A DNA stretch of 64,000 nucleotides. Origin: Lingula anatina. Its lineage: Eukaryota; Animalia; Brachiopoda. Below, in pieces: positions 51,526 to 64,000 of the stretch (position 1 is the stretch's first letter; each line of letters opens with the position of its first letter). The notes beneath the pieces are model-generated. The model saw only the letters and a list, made by a program, of their open reading frames with translations, was not told where the DNA came from and did no database searches. Made by a program: the position numbers and the translations under genes. The stretch lies in the NCBI GenBank assembly GCA_051362555.1, contig CM120644.1, forward strand, positions 23,582,534 through 23,646,533. The letters are read 5' to 3'.

Positions 51526-51539
51526 AAAAGGGGGGAGAG
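51526..51539 (+). promoter_or_regulatory. Polypurine tract
   Basis: AAAAGGGGGGAGAG before the 3' LTR. Confidence 0.9.
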
Positions 51540-51881
51540 TGTGACGATGTAGTGTGTTAGATGAGATTATTTTATATTGCTACCGGTAGATGTCTCTGTA
51601 AGTAAAGTGTTGTCCGGTGTGCAAGTTTGAATCTCTCCCGTGATTGGTAACTTAAAGGTAAAACTGTTCACTGTATAGTTGGTTCTGATTGGTAAACGTG
51701 TACTATCTGAACTTGTATATAAGGTGTAACGTGAAATAAATCGCTCTCTTTGCTCTTTGCGGCTGACTTTGCAGCTCTCTTGGTTCTTTTGGTCTTTCTT
51801 ATCTGTGCTTATACTCTGAGACACCAGTAAGTACATTGTTATTTGTACCTTCATAAGGCACTCGGCCGCGAAGGCGTAACA
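51540..51881 (+). repeat. 3' LTR
   Basis: Copy of 42189-42530. Confidence 0.95.
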
Positions 51882-51885
51882 ATTT

Positions 51886-53190
51886 GTTAAACCGAACGCC
51901 ATTTATGTGAATTGAAACAAACCTAGATTTCCAACTGTAAATGCTGTTTTTTCTTTATCTTCTTCTTCCATGGGAACTTGCCAATATCCCGATTTTAAAT
52001 CAAGTGAGGAAAACCAACATGAGCCAGCTAAATTATCCAATGTTTCTTCTATCCGCGGCATGGCATATGCATCTTTGATAGTTCTGCTATTTAATCGACA
52101 GTAGTCAACACATATTCTTAAAGAGCCATCTGGCTTTCTTACCGTGACTATATTTGACGACCAAGGACTTTCAGACTCTTCTTTCACGCCAGCATCTAAC
52201 ATGTCCCTCAAATGATTTCGAATTTCATCATACATACCTGCTGGAATCCTCCTGTACTTGTCTTTGAATGGGGTATGGTCTGTTAGTCGAATTTTATGTT
52301 TGACCAAATTTGTTGAACCAATGTCAGTATCGCCCTTTGCAAAAATGTCATTATATTCATAAAGCAATTGGTCTACTTGCCTTTGTTCTGCATCAGTTAA
52401 ATGCGTTCTCTCCAACATGTCATCTCCGCCCAGTGACTGATTCTGAACACGAAGATGGTCACAACTACTAGTAGAATCTCCACTTTCATTTAGCATGGAC
52501 GAAACGTAGACGCTCTATTGACATTACACAAAATGTACTTTTTTGGTATTGTAACAGCCTTCTTTGAGAAATTTGTAATAACTACAGGTATTTCATTTGA
52601 CCTACCTTTCACACTTACTAAAGAAGGGCGCATTATCAAACCTCCAGGCAATGGACTAAGATCATTTGGTTCCAAGACTACGTTTGTACTGTTCATTATA
52701 ATTGCCCTTTTGCATATTCCATCGATTATTTTAGTTTCGCCTGCATTGATTGTAATTGAAAGCTTACTTTCAACTTTACCAACATCCATTGATTTGTATG
52801 CCAATTCCCAACAATCTGGAAGGAACTCTCTTTTCTTTCTTTCATTATCCAGACCCTTTCCATAACACAAAATATTAGTGCCTATGCACACTGGCACCTT
52901 TTGTATGTAAGCACCACTATTCGGGACTACTAGTAAAATAGACGGGATTTCTTTTACGCCGTGATAAGTTGGCAAACTCACATTTACTTCAACAGATCCT
53001 AAATAAGGTACTATCTGTCCCCCTGCCGATTCTACATTCAACACATCTTTTAAAGGGATAATTTCTCTCCCTAACCACTCTTTCACGAAATGTTCTTATA
53101 CAGTTGAAACCATTGAACCGGTATCTATCAACGCATTACATGCTATACCATCAACACACACCTTTGTTTCATTTGCTTTACCAATAATGG
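51886..53190 (-). pseudogene. pol: Protease and N-terminal RT of the older Gypsy
   Basis: IDTGS; SPWSSNIVTVRKPDGSLRICVDY; LDLKSGYWQV. Confidence 0.88.
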
Positions 53191-53199
53191 TGGCCCGCT

Positions 53200-54575
53200 T
53201 TACTGGGTCGAGGGTCTGGGCCCCGGAATCGACGACCCTTGTGCGTTTAAAGGGCACCTGGAAGAAATATGTCCTTCCTGATTACACTTAAAGCAAACAA
53301 TTGGCTTTGCATTTCTGTTCCGTGACTCACTCATTTTTTCCTCCAAATCACTTACCCGACGGCCGATTTTTTCCATGCCCGACACCAACAAATCTAATTT
53401 CCAATTCATTTCTAAGACAGAGAAATTTTCATCTTTGTCTTCATAAACACGATTTTTCCGTTGAGAAATGTCATTTGGATCAGAGTGCTCTAAATCTGAT
53501 ATGCGAGAAGCTAACATATCTACTTTTTTCATCAAGTCTACGGAAACATCAGACTGAGGCTTACCTTGGTATGAGGAAGTTTCACGGGAGCCTGAAAATT
53601 CTAATTCTGCCACACGTGCACTTACCATCAATTCCTGAAAAGTTTCTCTGGAATGGTAATGATGCCTCAATGCATGCTTAACGTTGACTGAAAACAATCC
53701 AGAGAAAAATTTCGATCGTAAAATTCTATCACGTTTTTTTCCTTCCCTAACTTCTGGATCTACTCTACTAATTGTATCAAAATATGCTTCTAAACGAGAA
53801 GCCCAATTAACAACTTTCTCATTAGAGTATTGGGTTGCTGAGTAAAACTTTTCCCATGCAACATCTACGGGTACCACGTCTCCAAAAATACTGTCAAATT
53901 TCTGCAATATTGTATTGACAGAAGCTCCTTCCCCGCAATGCATTAAAGCATCGGCTGCTGATCCTCGGACTGATTTACAGATTGCTTGTAAAATAATCGG
54001 TTCGGAAAAAACACGATCACCTAGTAATGCTATCACTTCAAACCTCCACTGATTATATGTGACTTCGCCCTTGCCGCTTTCTCCCGAAAACAAGGTAATT
54101 CTAGGAGGTCCAACAGAATGAATAGAAACATCAGTCTTTACGGAAGATTCGAAATTTTATCTGAGACCGCGACTTCTCCGTCATCCTCGGAAGATATCGA
54201 TCTTGGACCATGTAAACAAGCACTCGAATTTTTAGGTCGCGTACCCCTTTGCGAGGCCTTTGGAGCTTCCTGCGCTTTGGTTAATTTTTCGTCACCTGTA
54301 AACCCGAATAATCTCACCATAAACATCTCCTCTGTCGGCGCTGGAGACGATGCCTTAACTTCAGTACCTTTTATGTACAGTCCCGCGTCAGCGTGGTCAA
54401 TGAATTGTTCCGCGGAAATGCACTCTTTAAATAACACTAAAGCAGCACATCTTCCCTGAAATGCAATGTGGTCATACTCAAAACCTTCTTTGTATAACAT
54501 CCTTTCAATATCTTTCCTTGCACACTTCTTGTTTAACCCTTTCAACCACACAGTCCTTCCACACAGAGAAGCCAT
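53200..54575 (-). pseudogene. gag: PNMA-like Gag (RRM-like N-terminus, capsid, CCHC), frameshifted near 54130
   Basis: RTVWLKGL..ALVLF; PRITLFSG..EVTYNQWRFEV..SVRGSAAD; CFKCNQEGHISSRC. Confidence 0.85.
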
Positions 54576-55959
54576 TATAACGTTATCTTTGAGATACTAA
54601 TAATGGTATATATCAAAGGGTAAATCAAGTGAGTGCAAAATGCCTCGAGCAAGAAAAAATGAAATAGGATGAGGCCAGATGTAACATAAAATTATGACAG
54701 TGATTGCAATGTAAAAAAATTAATAGCTTAAAGCCCAAACTTCGAAAAATATGATATATGACAAATGATAGATTGATAAATGATGAAGCTTAAACCGATA
54801 GATTGAATATCAAAGTTAGAGAAAGAGTGAAAAATAATTTTAATCAATTACGTAACACCCGACTTTCTGAAAATATGAGATATGATATGAGCACTATATG
54901 AGATAAATGATAAAATGGAAAATGAAATAAGAAAAATAGTGAAGAAAAAAAAAAAAAACAGATGACTCTGATCTTATTTTACGTGGTGAAAATATTTAAC
55001 TCTTTAACCCCAATTATATTGAAACAATAAGAATTATAATCACTTTACTTGCTGTAATTAATAAAAAATTAAATGAAGTTATTTGCAAAAATAGGTAAGT
55101 GATATTAATACTAAGATATTTTAATACTATAGAAATCCGAAAAAAAAATTAATAATGATAATCTATAACTCAGTGATATCAGATGAAAATTAAATAAATA
55201 AATGAGCACAATATTTAATGTCTTTGTCTCTATTCCCCAATGCAACAAATATAGAAGTATAAGGTTTGGTGTTAGTTATGACATTCCAAAAACATACATG
55301 ACACCACACACTTCAATTAATGTACATGAACACCACAAACAATTGTTATGACAAGGGAATTTCACTAAAATGTGAAAACTAAACAAATTTGCAAGTTCAA
55401 AGTAAATTATCTACATACCTGTACACCTAATCAAAATAAATATGATGACTGAATTTATTAAATAACACCAAAATTGATAAATGTCCCGAACATGTTACTA
55501 TAATATGCGATTTTATACGACAAATGAGTATCCAAATTACTTCTATAACAAAGAAAACTTATGACACAGCAATGAAGTAATGTTTTTGTTAAAACACCAA
55601 CTATATGACAAATACAGAGATGCGTTCTCAACCAATATACTTATAGATAACAAAGACAAATTAGTTTACAGCAACAACACAAATGGCTAAAGGTAATACT
55701 ATAAGCAGGTAAACGTATAAACAAATGCCAGGAAACTGAATGAATTGCGTTTGAATTTGAAGAATTGATAGAAAACAAAATATCTACAAACACACAAACA
55801 TAAATGTCAACACCACATAAATATGACTGATAGGATCGTTATTAATACATGTTATTGTTTAATTCCACATAACTCATCAACAAACAGGACAATTGGCAAA
55901 AGTATTGCAATATATATGCACACTGATAACGTTCAGTTTTACATAATACCGACGTCACC

Positions 55960-56723
55960 TTGTCTTGTTATTTGTTATACATGCTACATATAAGCGGGGT
56001 GAGCACAAGCGCAACACGTGAACAATACACACAAAGAACTAAGACAGTCTAGTTAGAATGTTAGATTCTGTAAGCCTTTTTACTCACGTATATATTGTCC
56101 TGGGATATAAGGTTGGTGCCTCAATTATCTAGACTGCTTCTCCGGTGCGAATTCCATAACATAGCGAATGGATTGTCCCATGTCGATCCAACATTTCATT
56201 TCTGAATCCATGAAAAAGTTATTAAATCAAAAAGTCTCAAACAAAGGCTACCAATACTCCTGGATGATATTCGCTTCCACCAAATCGTCTCTTCAAACAA
56301 CGTATACTCATTTCCACCAGACACAGACATGTACAGCACACAGACATTGTATACTTAGGTCCTTGATGTTGTCTGAACGTCATATCCTCAACTGTATTAC
56401 ATGATTTACTGATCATCGACCACTATATAAAATAGCGGCAGTAGGCTTAGATGGCGTAGGATGAGTGAGTAAAATGTGTAAAAAAAAAAAACACTGATAC
56501 AGTGGTCGGAATAATTTTGTTTCCGTTGTACACCGGTGTAACAACGTTCGAAATGTTTTAATCCCTATCTTGTGAATAGAAGGGGGCGGACAAACAATGG
56601 AGGGCCGTATAAATCCCTTCAAAATTCGAACGCACAAACACAATAGCTTAGGTGGAATAACACAATACTTAATACGAGTGAACCCCATGACGCCGGTTTC
56701 TGTGGCCCAGCGCGAGCGTGACA
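55960..56723 (-). repeat. Candidate 5' LTR of the older Gypsy
   Basis: Starts TGTCAC on the minus strand at 56723, with a TATA-like element and a splice donor, upstream of a T-rich 5' UTR. No partner LTR or clear PBS found. Confidence 0.3.
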
Positions 56724-59036
56724 ATCCGCTGTAACTAGGTGTAATTAACAGCAGGATACATCAGCCAGAAGGTCCCTATTGTTTGTTGCGGCGGTAGGAT
56801 TATAGCTTGAAGAGGCTAAACCCATTCTAAGGCGTGCCACGCGAAGCGAACTGTCCTTTTGTTCACTAGTTTGGCACGCGCAGCTGGTTTTTAGTGTTGC
56901 TAACAAACTGCTAGTTAAATTTGTTATCAGTTATTTCATCCTATATGAAATTTCTGCAGTCAAAAATTGAACTAATTATTGTTTGTTTGGTTGAAATGCA
57001 TGAGCGTCAGCATCAATCTGTCTCAAAAAATTCCTATTGCATTAATTTATCAATGTATAATTTATTTATGTACTTACGTTTTAATTTGAAATATCTGCAT
57101 TCAAGCGTTCAAGTATTTATAAAACATGAATGATAATGAAAGAGGAATAAGGAAATAACATATTACTTATATTATGCTTATATTATAATATTGAAATTAA
57201 ATGAGGTGCACTGACATAGGCGCAATGACAATCCAACTACAACGTGCAACAGGGGGAAGTCTGGCTGTATGATCATACAATATACGAAAGTACGGTCAAT
57301 TACGGTGTACGGTGTAAATCATCAGTTAAAGAGGAGGGGGTCTTACTATAGCTCGCTATCTATTGTTAAACCCGACTGTTATTATCTCTCGAACAAGCTT
57401 AAAGCATGCCTATACAATTACTGTGTCTCCGGCTGCCGTTCAGAAACACCATGTCGAACATATTTTGCCACAGTGAGAAACATGGTACACTAGCGACTTG
57501 TTTTAGATCACTCAAGAAAGGATGCATACGTGCGACACCAGAGGAAAAACAATCAAGTATGCATCTGATCCATTAATAGTAATTGCACAGTGCATGTTAC
57601 TAGACCTTTGTCCTAACTCAGTAGTTAGGAATAGGATGTTTGGATACAAAGCTTCTATTCAACTCGCTTAGACCTAGGGCGTGATGCTATCATCCGAAGA
57701 AACACGTAACTGAACCCTCTACCTGAACCTGAAGTCCCTTTAACTGAAACATAAACTGCCCCTTGAACATGTCCATTTTTTAATCGTCAAATGATTTGTG
57801 ATTTCATTGAACGTCTTTGATCGAAAGCTTTCAAGTGACAATAACCGAACCGTGTGTTGATTATTTATTAAAGCGTAATTAAGTTTATTCAACATGATCT
57901 ATTTTGTAAACGATACTTGCCAAGATTGAGCTTGGATTGATCACCGTCACTATTTAGCTACTCGCCTATAATGCGTGCTGAACGACAGACAACTTAAAAA
58001 TATTATCTGTGTAACTGTGCAAATGAACGCATTTAGTTAAAATATAACGAAGCCGGCATTTAATCCATCGAACATATTTATATTTGTTCTTTTAAAACCA
58101 GTGTAAGGTTAACGCCAAATCAAAGCAATCCTTGCAGACTGGTTTTGTTTAAACTGTCGTGCATCAAGTAAAGCTAAGTAAAGCCTGTTTCTACTTCGCA
58201 GTGTTCATCCCAGCCATAAAACTGCATGAAGGATAACAAGACTCCGTAGACCTGTGCTTCAGGTTTCCAGGAGTCCCGTGTAACGCAATAATATCGAAGG
58301 CCTGAGAGTAATACATATATGAGGCCGTGTATGAAAGATTTAACAAATTAGAAATTCAAGAATTTAAACATGCTAGGTACATGCACACTTGGACCTAACT
58401 AGAGAAGGACAAGTAACGCGGAGAAAGATCAAAGGATAATCGGCTTAGCGCGAGCTCTTCGCGAAACGATGTGCGTTCGGATCACGTGGCCTCCCGTACA
58501 GGTAGCAAGCATATCGCGGCTGTTGATGACTTTTTTGTGTCATTTAGACAGGTAGCTGGTGATAACGCGAGGAAAACGTTCGGGTGGATGAGTCAAGACA
58601 CTTATAGAGATAAAATGTAAGTACAATTTCTTTTGCTATTTTGGATGGTAGATGAGAATAAGGTATGTTTGTTCATGGAGGAATTCAAAATGCCCAATAT
58701 GGTGAAGGCAATCGTGTTTGTTGCCGTAAAATGAGTGTTTAAAATTGTACAACTGCGGTGTCGAATACTTGTCTTTAGCTATGATCCGATAGAAAAATAT
58801 TTCTAGTCTCGAAATTTTACCTCTATGTAAAGAATTAGCCATACATGCGGCAATAATTTAACCTCAAATCGTGTTTTAAATTGAAATGACGCAATTCCTC
58901 TCCGATTTATTCGACTCGCCGACATCGTTTTAGGTCTGGTATTTTTTACGTACGGTTTAGATAAAGGTGGCATCAACACCGCTGTGTACTATATGTATAG
59001 GTTTATGTTACTTGCTTAAGTGAGCCCGAATTATGG

Positions 59037-60560
59037 AATGATAATTAATATTTTTAACTCTTAATATGGGCTCTCGTTGCAACATGGCACCACACATGCA
59101 ATTGTGACACACAAAAACGCACCTGTGATCCTTTTAATATCCTTTTATCAAAGTTGACATTAACACTGCTCTGAAGTATATATATATTTACACATTACCG
59201 GCTACAGTCAGCTCCGGTCTGAGAATGATAATTATTATTTTTATAACTCTCAATATGGGCTATCATTGCAATATGGCACAACACATGCAATTATGACACA
59301 CAAAAACGCACCTGTGATTCTTTTAATATCCTTTTATCAAAGTTGACATTAACATTGCTCTAAAGTATATATATATTTACACATTACCGGCTACAGTCAG
59401 CTCTGGTCTGAAAATGATAATTATTATTTTTTTGACCCTCAATGTGGGCTCTCGTTGCAACATGGCACCACACATGCAATTGTGACACACAAAAACGCAC
59501 CTGTGATCCTTTTAATATCCTTTTATCAAAGTTGACATTAACACTGCTCGAAAGTATATATATATTTACACATTACCGGCTACAGTCAGCTCCGGTCTGA
59601 GAATGATAATTATTATTTTTATAACTCTCAATATGGGCTATCATTGCAATATGGCACAACACATGCAATTATGACACACAAAAACGCACCTGTGATTCTT
59701 TTAATATCCTTTTATCAATGTTGACATTAACACTGCTCTAAAGTATATATATATTTACACATTACCGGCTACAGTCAGCTCTGGTCTGAAAATGATAATT
59801 ATTATTTTTTGACCCTCAATATGGGCTAACATAGCAATATGACACCACACATGCAATTGTTACACACAAAAACGCACCTGTGATCCTTTTAATATCCTTT
59901 TATCAAAGTTGACATTAACACTGCTCGAAAGTATATATATATTTACACATTACCGGCTACAGTCAGCTCCGGTCTGAGAATGATAATTATTATTTTAATA
60001 ACTCTCAATATGGGCTATCATTGCAATATGGCACAACACATGCAATTATGACACACAAAAACGCACCTGTGATTCTTTTAATATCCTTTTATCAAAGTTG
60101 ACATTAACACTGCTCTAAAGTATATATATATTTACACATTACCGGCTACAGTCAGCTCTGGTCTGAAAATGATAATTATTATTTTTTTGACCCTCAATAT
60201 GGGCTATCATAGCAATATGACACCACACATGCAATTGTTACACACAAAAACGCAACTGTGATTCTTTAAATATCCTTTTATCAAAGTTGACATTAACACT
60301 GCTCGAAAGTATATATATATTTACACATTACCGGCTCCAGTCAGCTCCAGTCTGAGAATTATAATTATTATTTTTTTAACTTTTAATATGGGCTATCATT
60401 GCAATATGGCACCACCCATGCAATTGTGACACACAAAAAACGCACCTGTGGGCCTTTTAATATCCTTTTATCAAAGTTGACATTAACTCTACTCTGAAGT
60501 ATATATGTATGTTCACATGACCGGCTAAAGTCTGTTCCAGTTTGAGAATAATAATTATTA
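59037..60560. repeat. 189-bp satellite, 8 copies, alternating A/B variants
   Basis: ttaccggct-type landmark at 59195, 59384, 59573, 59762, 59950, 60139, 60328 and 60518. Confidence 0.95.
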
Positions 60561-62036
60561 GTTTTTCATTTTTAAATTGGATTCCCTAAACAGAATAAAG
60601 ACGATTGACAAACAGCCTCATTGGTCTTATAGTGAAAGTGTATATGTGGACATGTACACATGCAAAGTTCATGATTATATTTACTCAGGTAATGGTCATA
60701 AAAGTAGATCTTGATCACATTTGTGATAAGAGTCTCACCTCTGTAATTGCCTTGCTACATTGCATTATCTTGTTATCAGGTGCTTGAAATCTTTGAAATA
60801 ATCCTGAGACATGCCTTTGGATAGCACCTAGCTGGCTTTATCAAATCATCAAAGGGCCAGACGGCTTAGTTACCTGGCTGATAATGATCTAGAAAGTCCA
60901 TGCCTAACAAGGGAAGTAAATTTAACTAGAGGGAAAATCTACCTGACAGGTAGAATCTTGAGATGCATTTGATAAGGCTTACCTGTGGCTCAAATGTCCA
61001 AGTAGAAGTAAAAAAGGCAATTGTCATTTATAGTAGTTTGTGATAAAAACATTCTTATTCTCTTCCAGATTCTCTCCACAAGATGCCGGAAAGTTAAAAT
61101 TGGACAATGCACCATTGCCCAAGAGGAGACTTACTAATTAAACATTTGGACATTAATTCACATAGGTCAATGAGAAATTAGTTTATACCTTTTATAAATA
61201 AGTTAATACTACTTGGATACAAATAGGAAAGAACTCCAACATGACTTTCACAAAAAGAGACAAGACAAGAAAACTGCACATGTATTGTATATTCATCATC
61301 ACTAGCTTTGTAACAAGCATTTTAAAATTTTAATGTTTACTTTTATAATAATAAATATTGGAATGTACTCAAGTTGTTTTATATTTCCTATCTTATAATG
61401 AAAAAAAAATCAAATGTAAAAAAACATGGATTATATGTTTAGACAGTTTTTTCTTGCTTGATTGTAATTGCATATTCAATTACCTCAGAATACACTAACT
61501 ACAGGTTTAAAAAATCTGATCCTGATAAAATTCATACTCACATTTGACATTGACCCTCTTGCAGTGATATGCGTCTTATTTGTCAAATCTTTTATTATTT
61601 AAAGTTGTGTAAAAAAAAGGAAGTGAAAAGAAATAAAAAGAAGATTTTTTATATCAAATATATGCATTTTTTATTACCATAAGATCAGTATTGGTGAAAT
61701 TAATCTCATATTGTAAACGGGTAACTTTTAATGAAAAATAAAGCGAAATATAAATGAAAGATATTTGCTGAATGAAAAAAACAAATATTATAAATACTTA
61801 CAATAAGTTCTTGAATTACGACTGCTTTTCAGTTACTGAAAACAGAAAGCCATATTTTGGTATCTGGTGTATTATTTTCTACTAATACGACAAATCTGAC
61901 TCTTAAATAACTAATTAAAATTAATGTAAACCTAGATGAAATTTCTAATTAAGATCTTAATTGCTAAGTGAAAAAACCCAAATGTTATAAATGCACAAGA
62001 TCATACTGTCTGTTTGTTGAAAATCTAGGTAATAAT

Positions 62037-62340
62037 TCAAGCTGTAATTCTACTCTTCCTTTTGAGAGACTTTCTCAATCCTTTTTCTTTCGTAGATGCA
62101 GACACAGATTCTTGGTACTTTTCTTTAAGCTGTCTGCGAAATGAGTGGCCCCTAATGGTAATATATAATTTCACAAACATGCTAAAAAGGTCCATTTTTA
62201 ATTTGTCTGATTCACCAGCAGTCAGTTCTTGTGTAAATTTGATTGATCTTCCGGGGTGTCACAGCTACTGGTACATGTAGGAATGAAATTTCCGGTCGTT
62301 GGGTGCGTATTCCTGTCCTGTCAGAGACTACCTCACGGAC
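62037..62340 (-). pseudogene. Possible DNA-transposon-derived ORF C-terminus
   Basis: ..MFVKLYITIRGHSFRRQLKEKYQ..KEKGLRKSLKRK reads as protein-like; family not determined. Confidence 0.3.
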
Positions 62341-64000
62341 AGGGAAAGGCAGCAGGTATTGAAGACAAATTTCACACCCCGTTTTTATGAGGTAACGGGG
62401 AAAAATGCCGAAAACCCCTCAATAAATTTCCACGTGTTGACGGAAACCTGTGTGCTCGCAACTGCAAGATGGCGGCAATGCTGTATCATAGCAACCACGA
62501 GGGACTGCGAGAAATTGCGTTATCAATGCAGAGAAACAATAGAAATGCACTGAAGCACAGCGCGTGCTACCTTGATAATAAGCTGTTCAGACGCCCGTGG
62601 AGCTATCAAAACAGATTATGTGAGACAATAGGCGAATGTTTACCCGAACGCACATAGCTTCAAAGGAAGATGCCGCGTTTCTTGTCCTTCTCTATTTAGG
62701 TCCAAGATGCACATCACTTAATAAGTCATTTCACAAAAATCGCATCTAATTGTTTAGATTAACCTTTACTTTTATCGATCTCATCCCATTGTCTCAACCA
62801 CCTAAAAGAAATATAGAGAACACGAGGAAAAGTAACACGTTTACATGCAGGCGAAGGAGTTATACTTCAATATTAATCGCGAACAATATCAACAGCGACT
62901 AAAGACCGTTGCCTGTCTTTCACACTTTTACACAAACACACGAAGGTTTAATAAAGGGAGTCGCGGCGCGATATCTATCTCTTTCATTCGAACAAGCAAA
63001 GGGCTGACCCGAAGTAAGCTTTCTATACTAATGTCCTTTTTATTGTATATTGTAATTACTCTACTTGCTCGCCTCCATTGTCTTGTAAAAGTGACAAAGA
63101 ATGTGTTGTATTCACACACGAGTTGAAAGAACTTTGCATAACTCCCTTGCCTTAAGTTGCATAATGTCTTTCTCAAGGTTATAATCAGTGTGAAGAGGGT
63201 GTCTTGCCTCATTTAAAAAGGGTGTTGTTCTTCATACTGGTTGTTGCTTAACTTATGCTAATCTTAAACTTTTATGTACCAATATGGTTTTAATAAATCG
63301 CCAAAATTATGAATTTAATGAACAGTGTGTATCAAACGTTTTGATACGATTTAAATAAATGGACGAGGAGGATTACGGTATTAGGTTCTATTTACCTCTG
63401 GCTTTAACTTCGCCCTGCTATATAAATGAACAAATGTTGCAGATCGTAACAAAAAACTTTCTTATAGTGTTTAATGACATATATGATTTACACATTTGAT
63501 AGTGAAACACTCCTCGACTTTAACGAATCACCTGACGTAAACTGTCTACCCGCGCTCCCCGAAAAAAATGTTTCTTTTAATTTTGAAATGAATTGATTTT
63601 AAGACAAAGAAATCCATTAAACCCTTTAGTCTCTATATCATTGTACAGCATGTTGTAATCGATATTTAAAAAAAGTTAATTTTTGTACTCCGCTTTCATC
63701 GAGGATACCTCAAGTTGAGGTTACAATTACGTCGGTCGCCTATGCTACTGGTATATATATTTAAGGACAAATTAAGCTTTGTAAAGTCCCTATTGTCACA
63801 TACCATAGATACTTAATTTTGTCTTGAATGAAAAAAATAGCCTCAAATTATCGTTTTGTGCTTAAACCTTTCATTACTTGAACCAAGATCTGTACTATAG
63901 CTACCAAGACGTACATGCATCAAGTTGGGTCTGCTGGGGGAGGGGAGCATTTAAATGATAAACGAGGAAGTCTACCTGCAAAAGCAGCAGCAGTGGTTTA

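Larger units (their letters stand above)
42189..51881 (+). mobile_element. Young full-length Ty3/Gypsy LTR retrotransposon
   Basis: 342-bp TG..CA LTRs (42189-42530, 51540-51881) with one mismatch seen; TSD ATTT; PBS; PPT; gag-PR-RT-RH-IN order. Confidence 0.97.
41920..54575 (-). mobile_element. Older PNMA-type Ty3/Gypsy element (gag, protease, RT), split by the 42189-51881 insertion; RNase H and integrase core missing
   Basis: Removing the insertion and one ATTT copy restores MAFGLTN|APATFQRLMEK..IYLDD. Protease IDTGS motif near 53120. Multiple lesions. Confidence 0.85.

Noticed and set aside
56826-56915. Helitron 3' end (hairpin plus CTAGT)
   Set aside because: Too short, and no matching 5' end or helicase sequence to support it.
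59037-60560. CRISPR-like array (also considered for the 95-bp, 161-bp and GATAAC repeats)
   Set aside because: The units repeat in full with no unique spacers, there are no cas genes, and the context is eukaryotic.

Overview
AT-rich eukaryotic DNA, apparently from an invertebrate, made almost entirely of nested mobile elements; I see no intact host gene. From left to right: (1) a decayed minus-strand LINE with a (TAA)n tail, then a Tc1/mariner relic. (2) A young non-autonomous Gypsy element (7031-15972, TSD GTAT) carrying only gag and protease, with giant 3.0/3.4-kb LTRs that contain dense GATAA arrays. (3) An ankyrin-repeat pseudogene. (4) A hidden Polinton/Maverick relic with protease, major capsid and integrase fragments; its integrase plus the upstream ORF is tandemly amplified, and the relic is bracketed by an inverted repeat. 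(5) Harbinger MITEs, an L2 inserted into a Penelope fragment, and a Kolobok-like element. (6) A very young Gypsy element (42189-51881, TSD ATTT) inserted into the RT of an older PNMA-type Gypsy; its Gag starts with a ComEA-like helix-hairpin-helix domain and it has two apparently spliced accessory ORFs after pol. (7) A 189-bp satellite with a dimeric higher-order structure. All family calls come from motif recognition by eye; no database searches were run.
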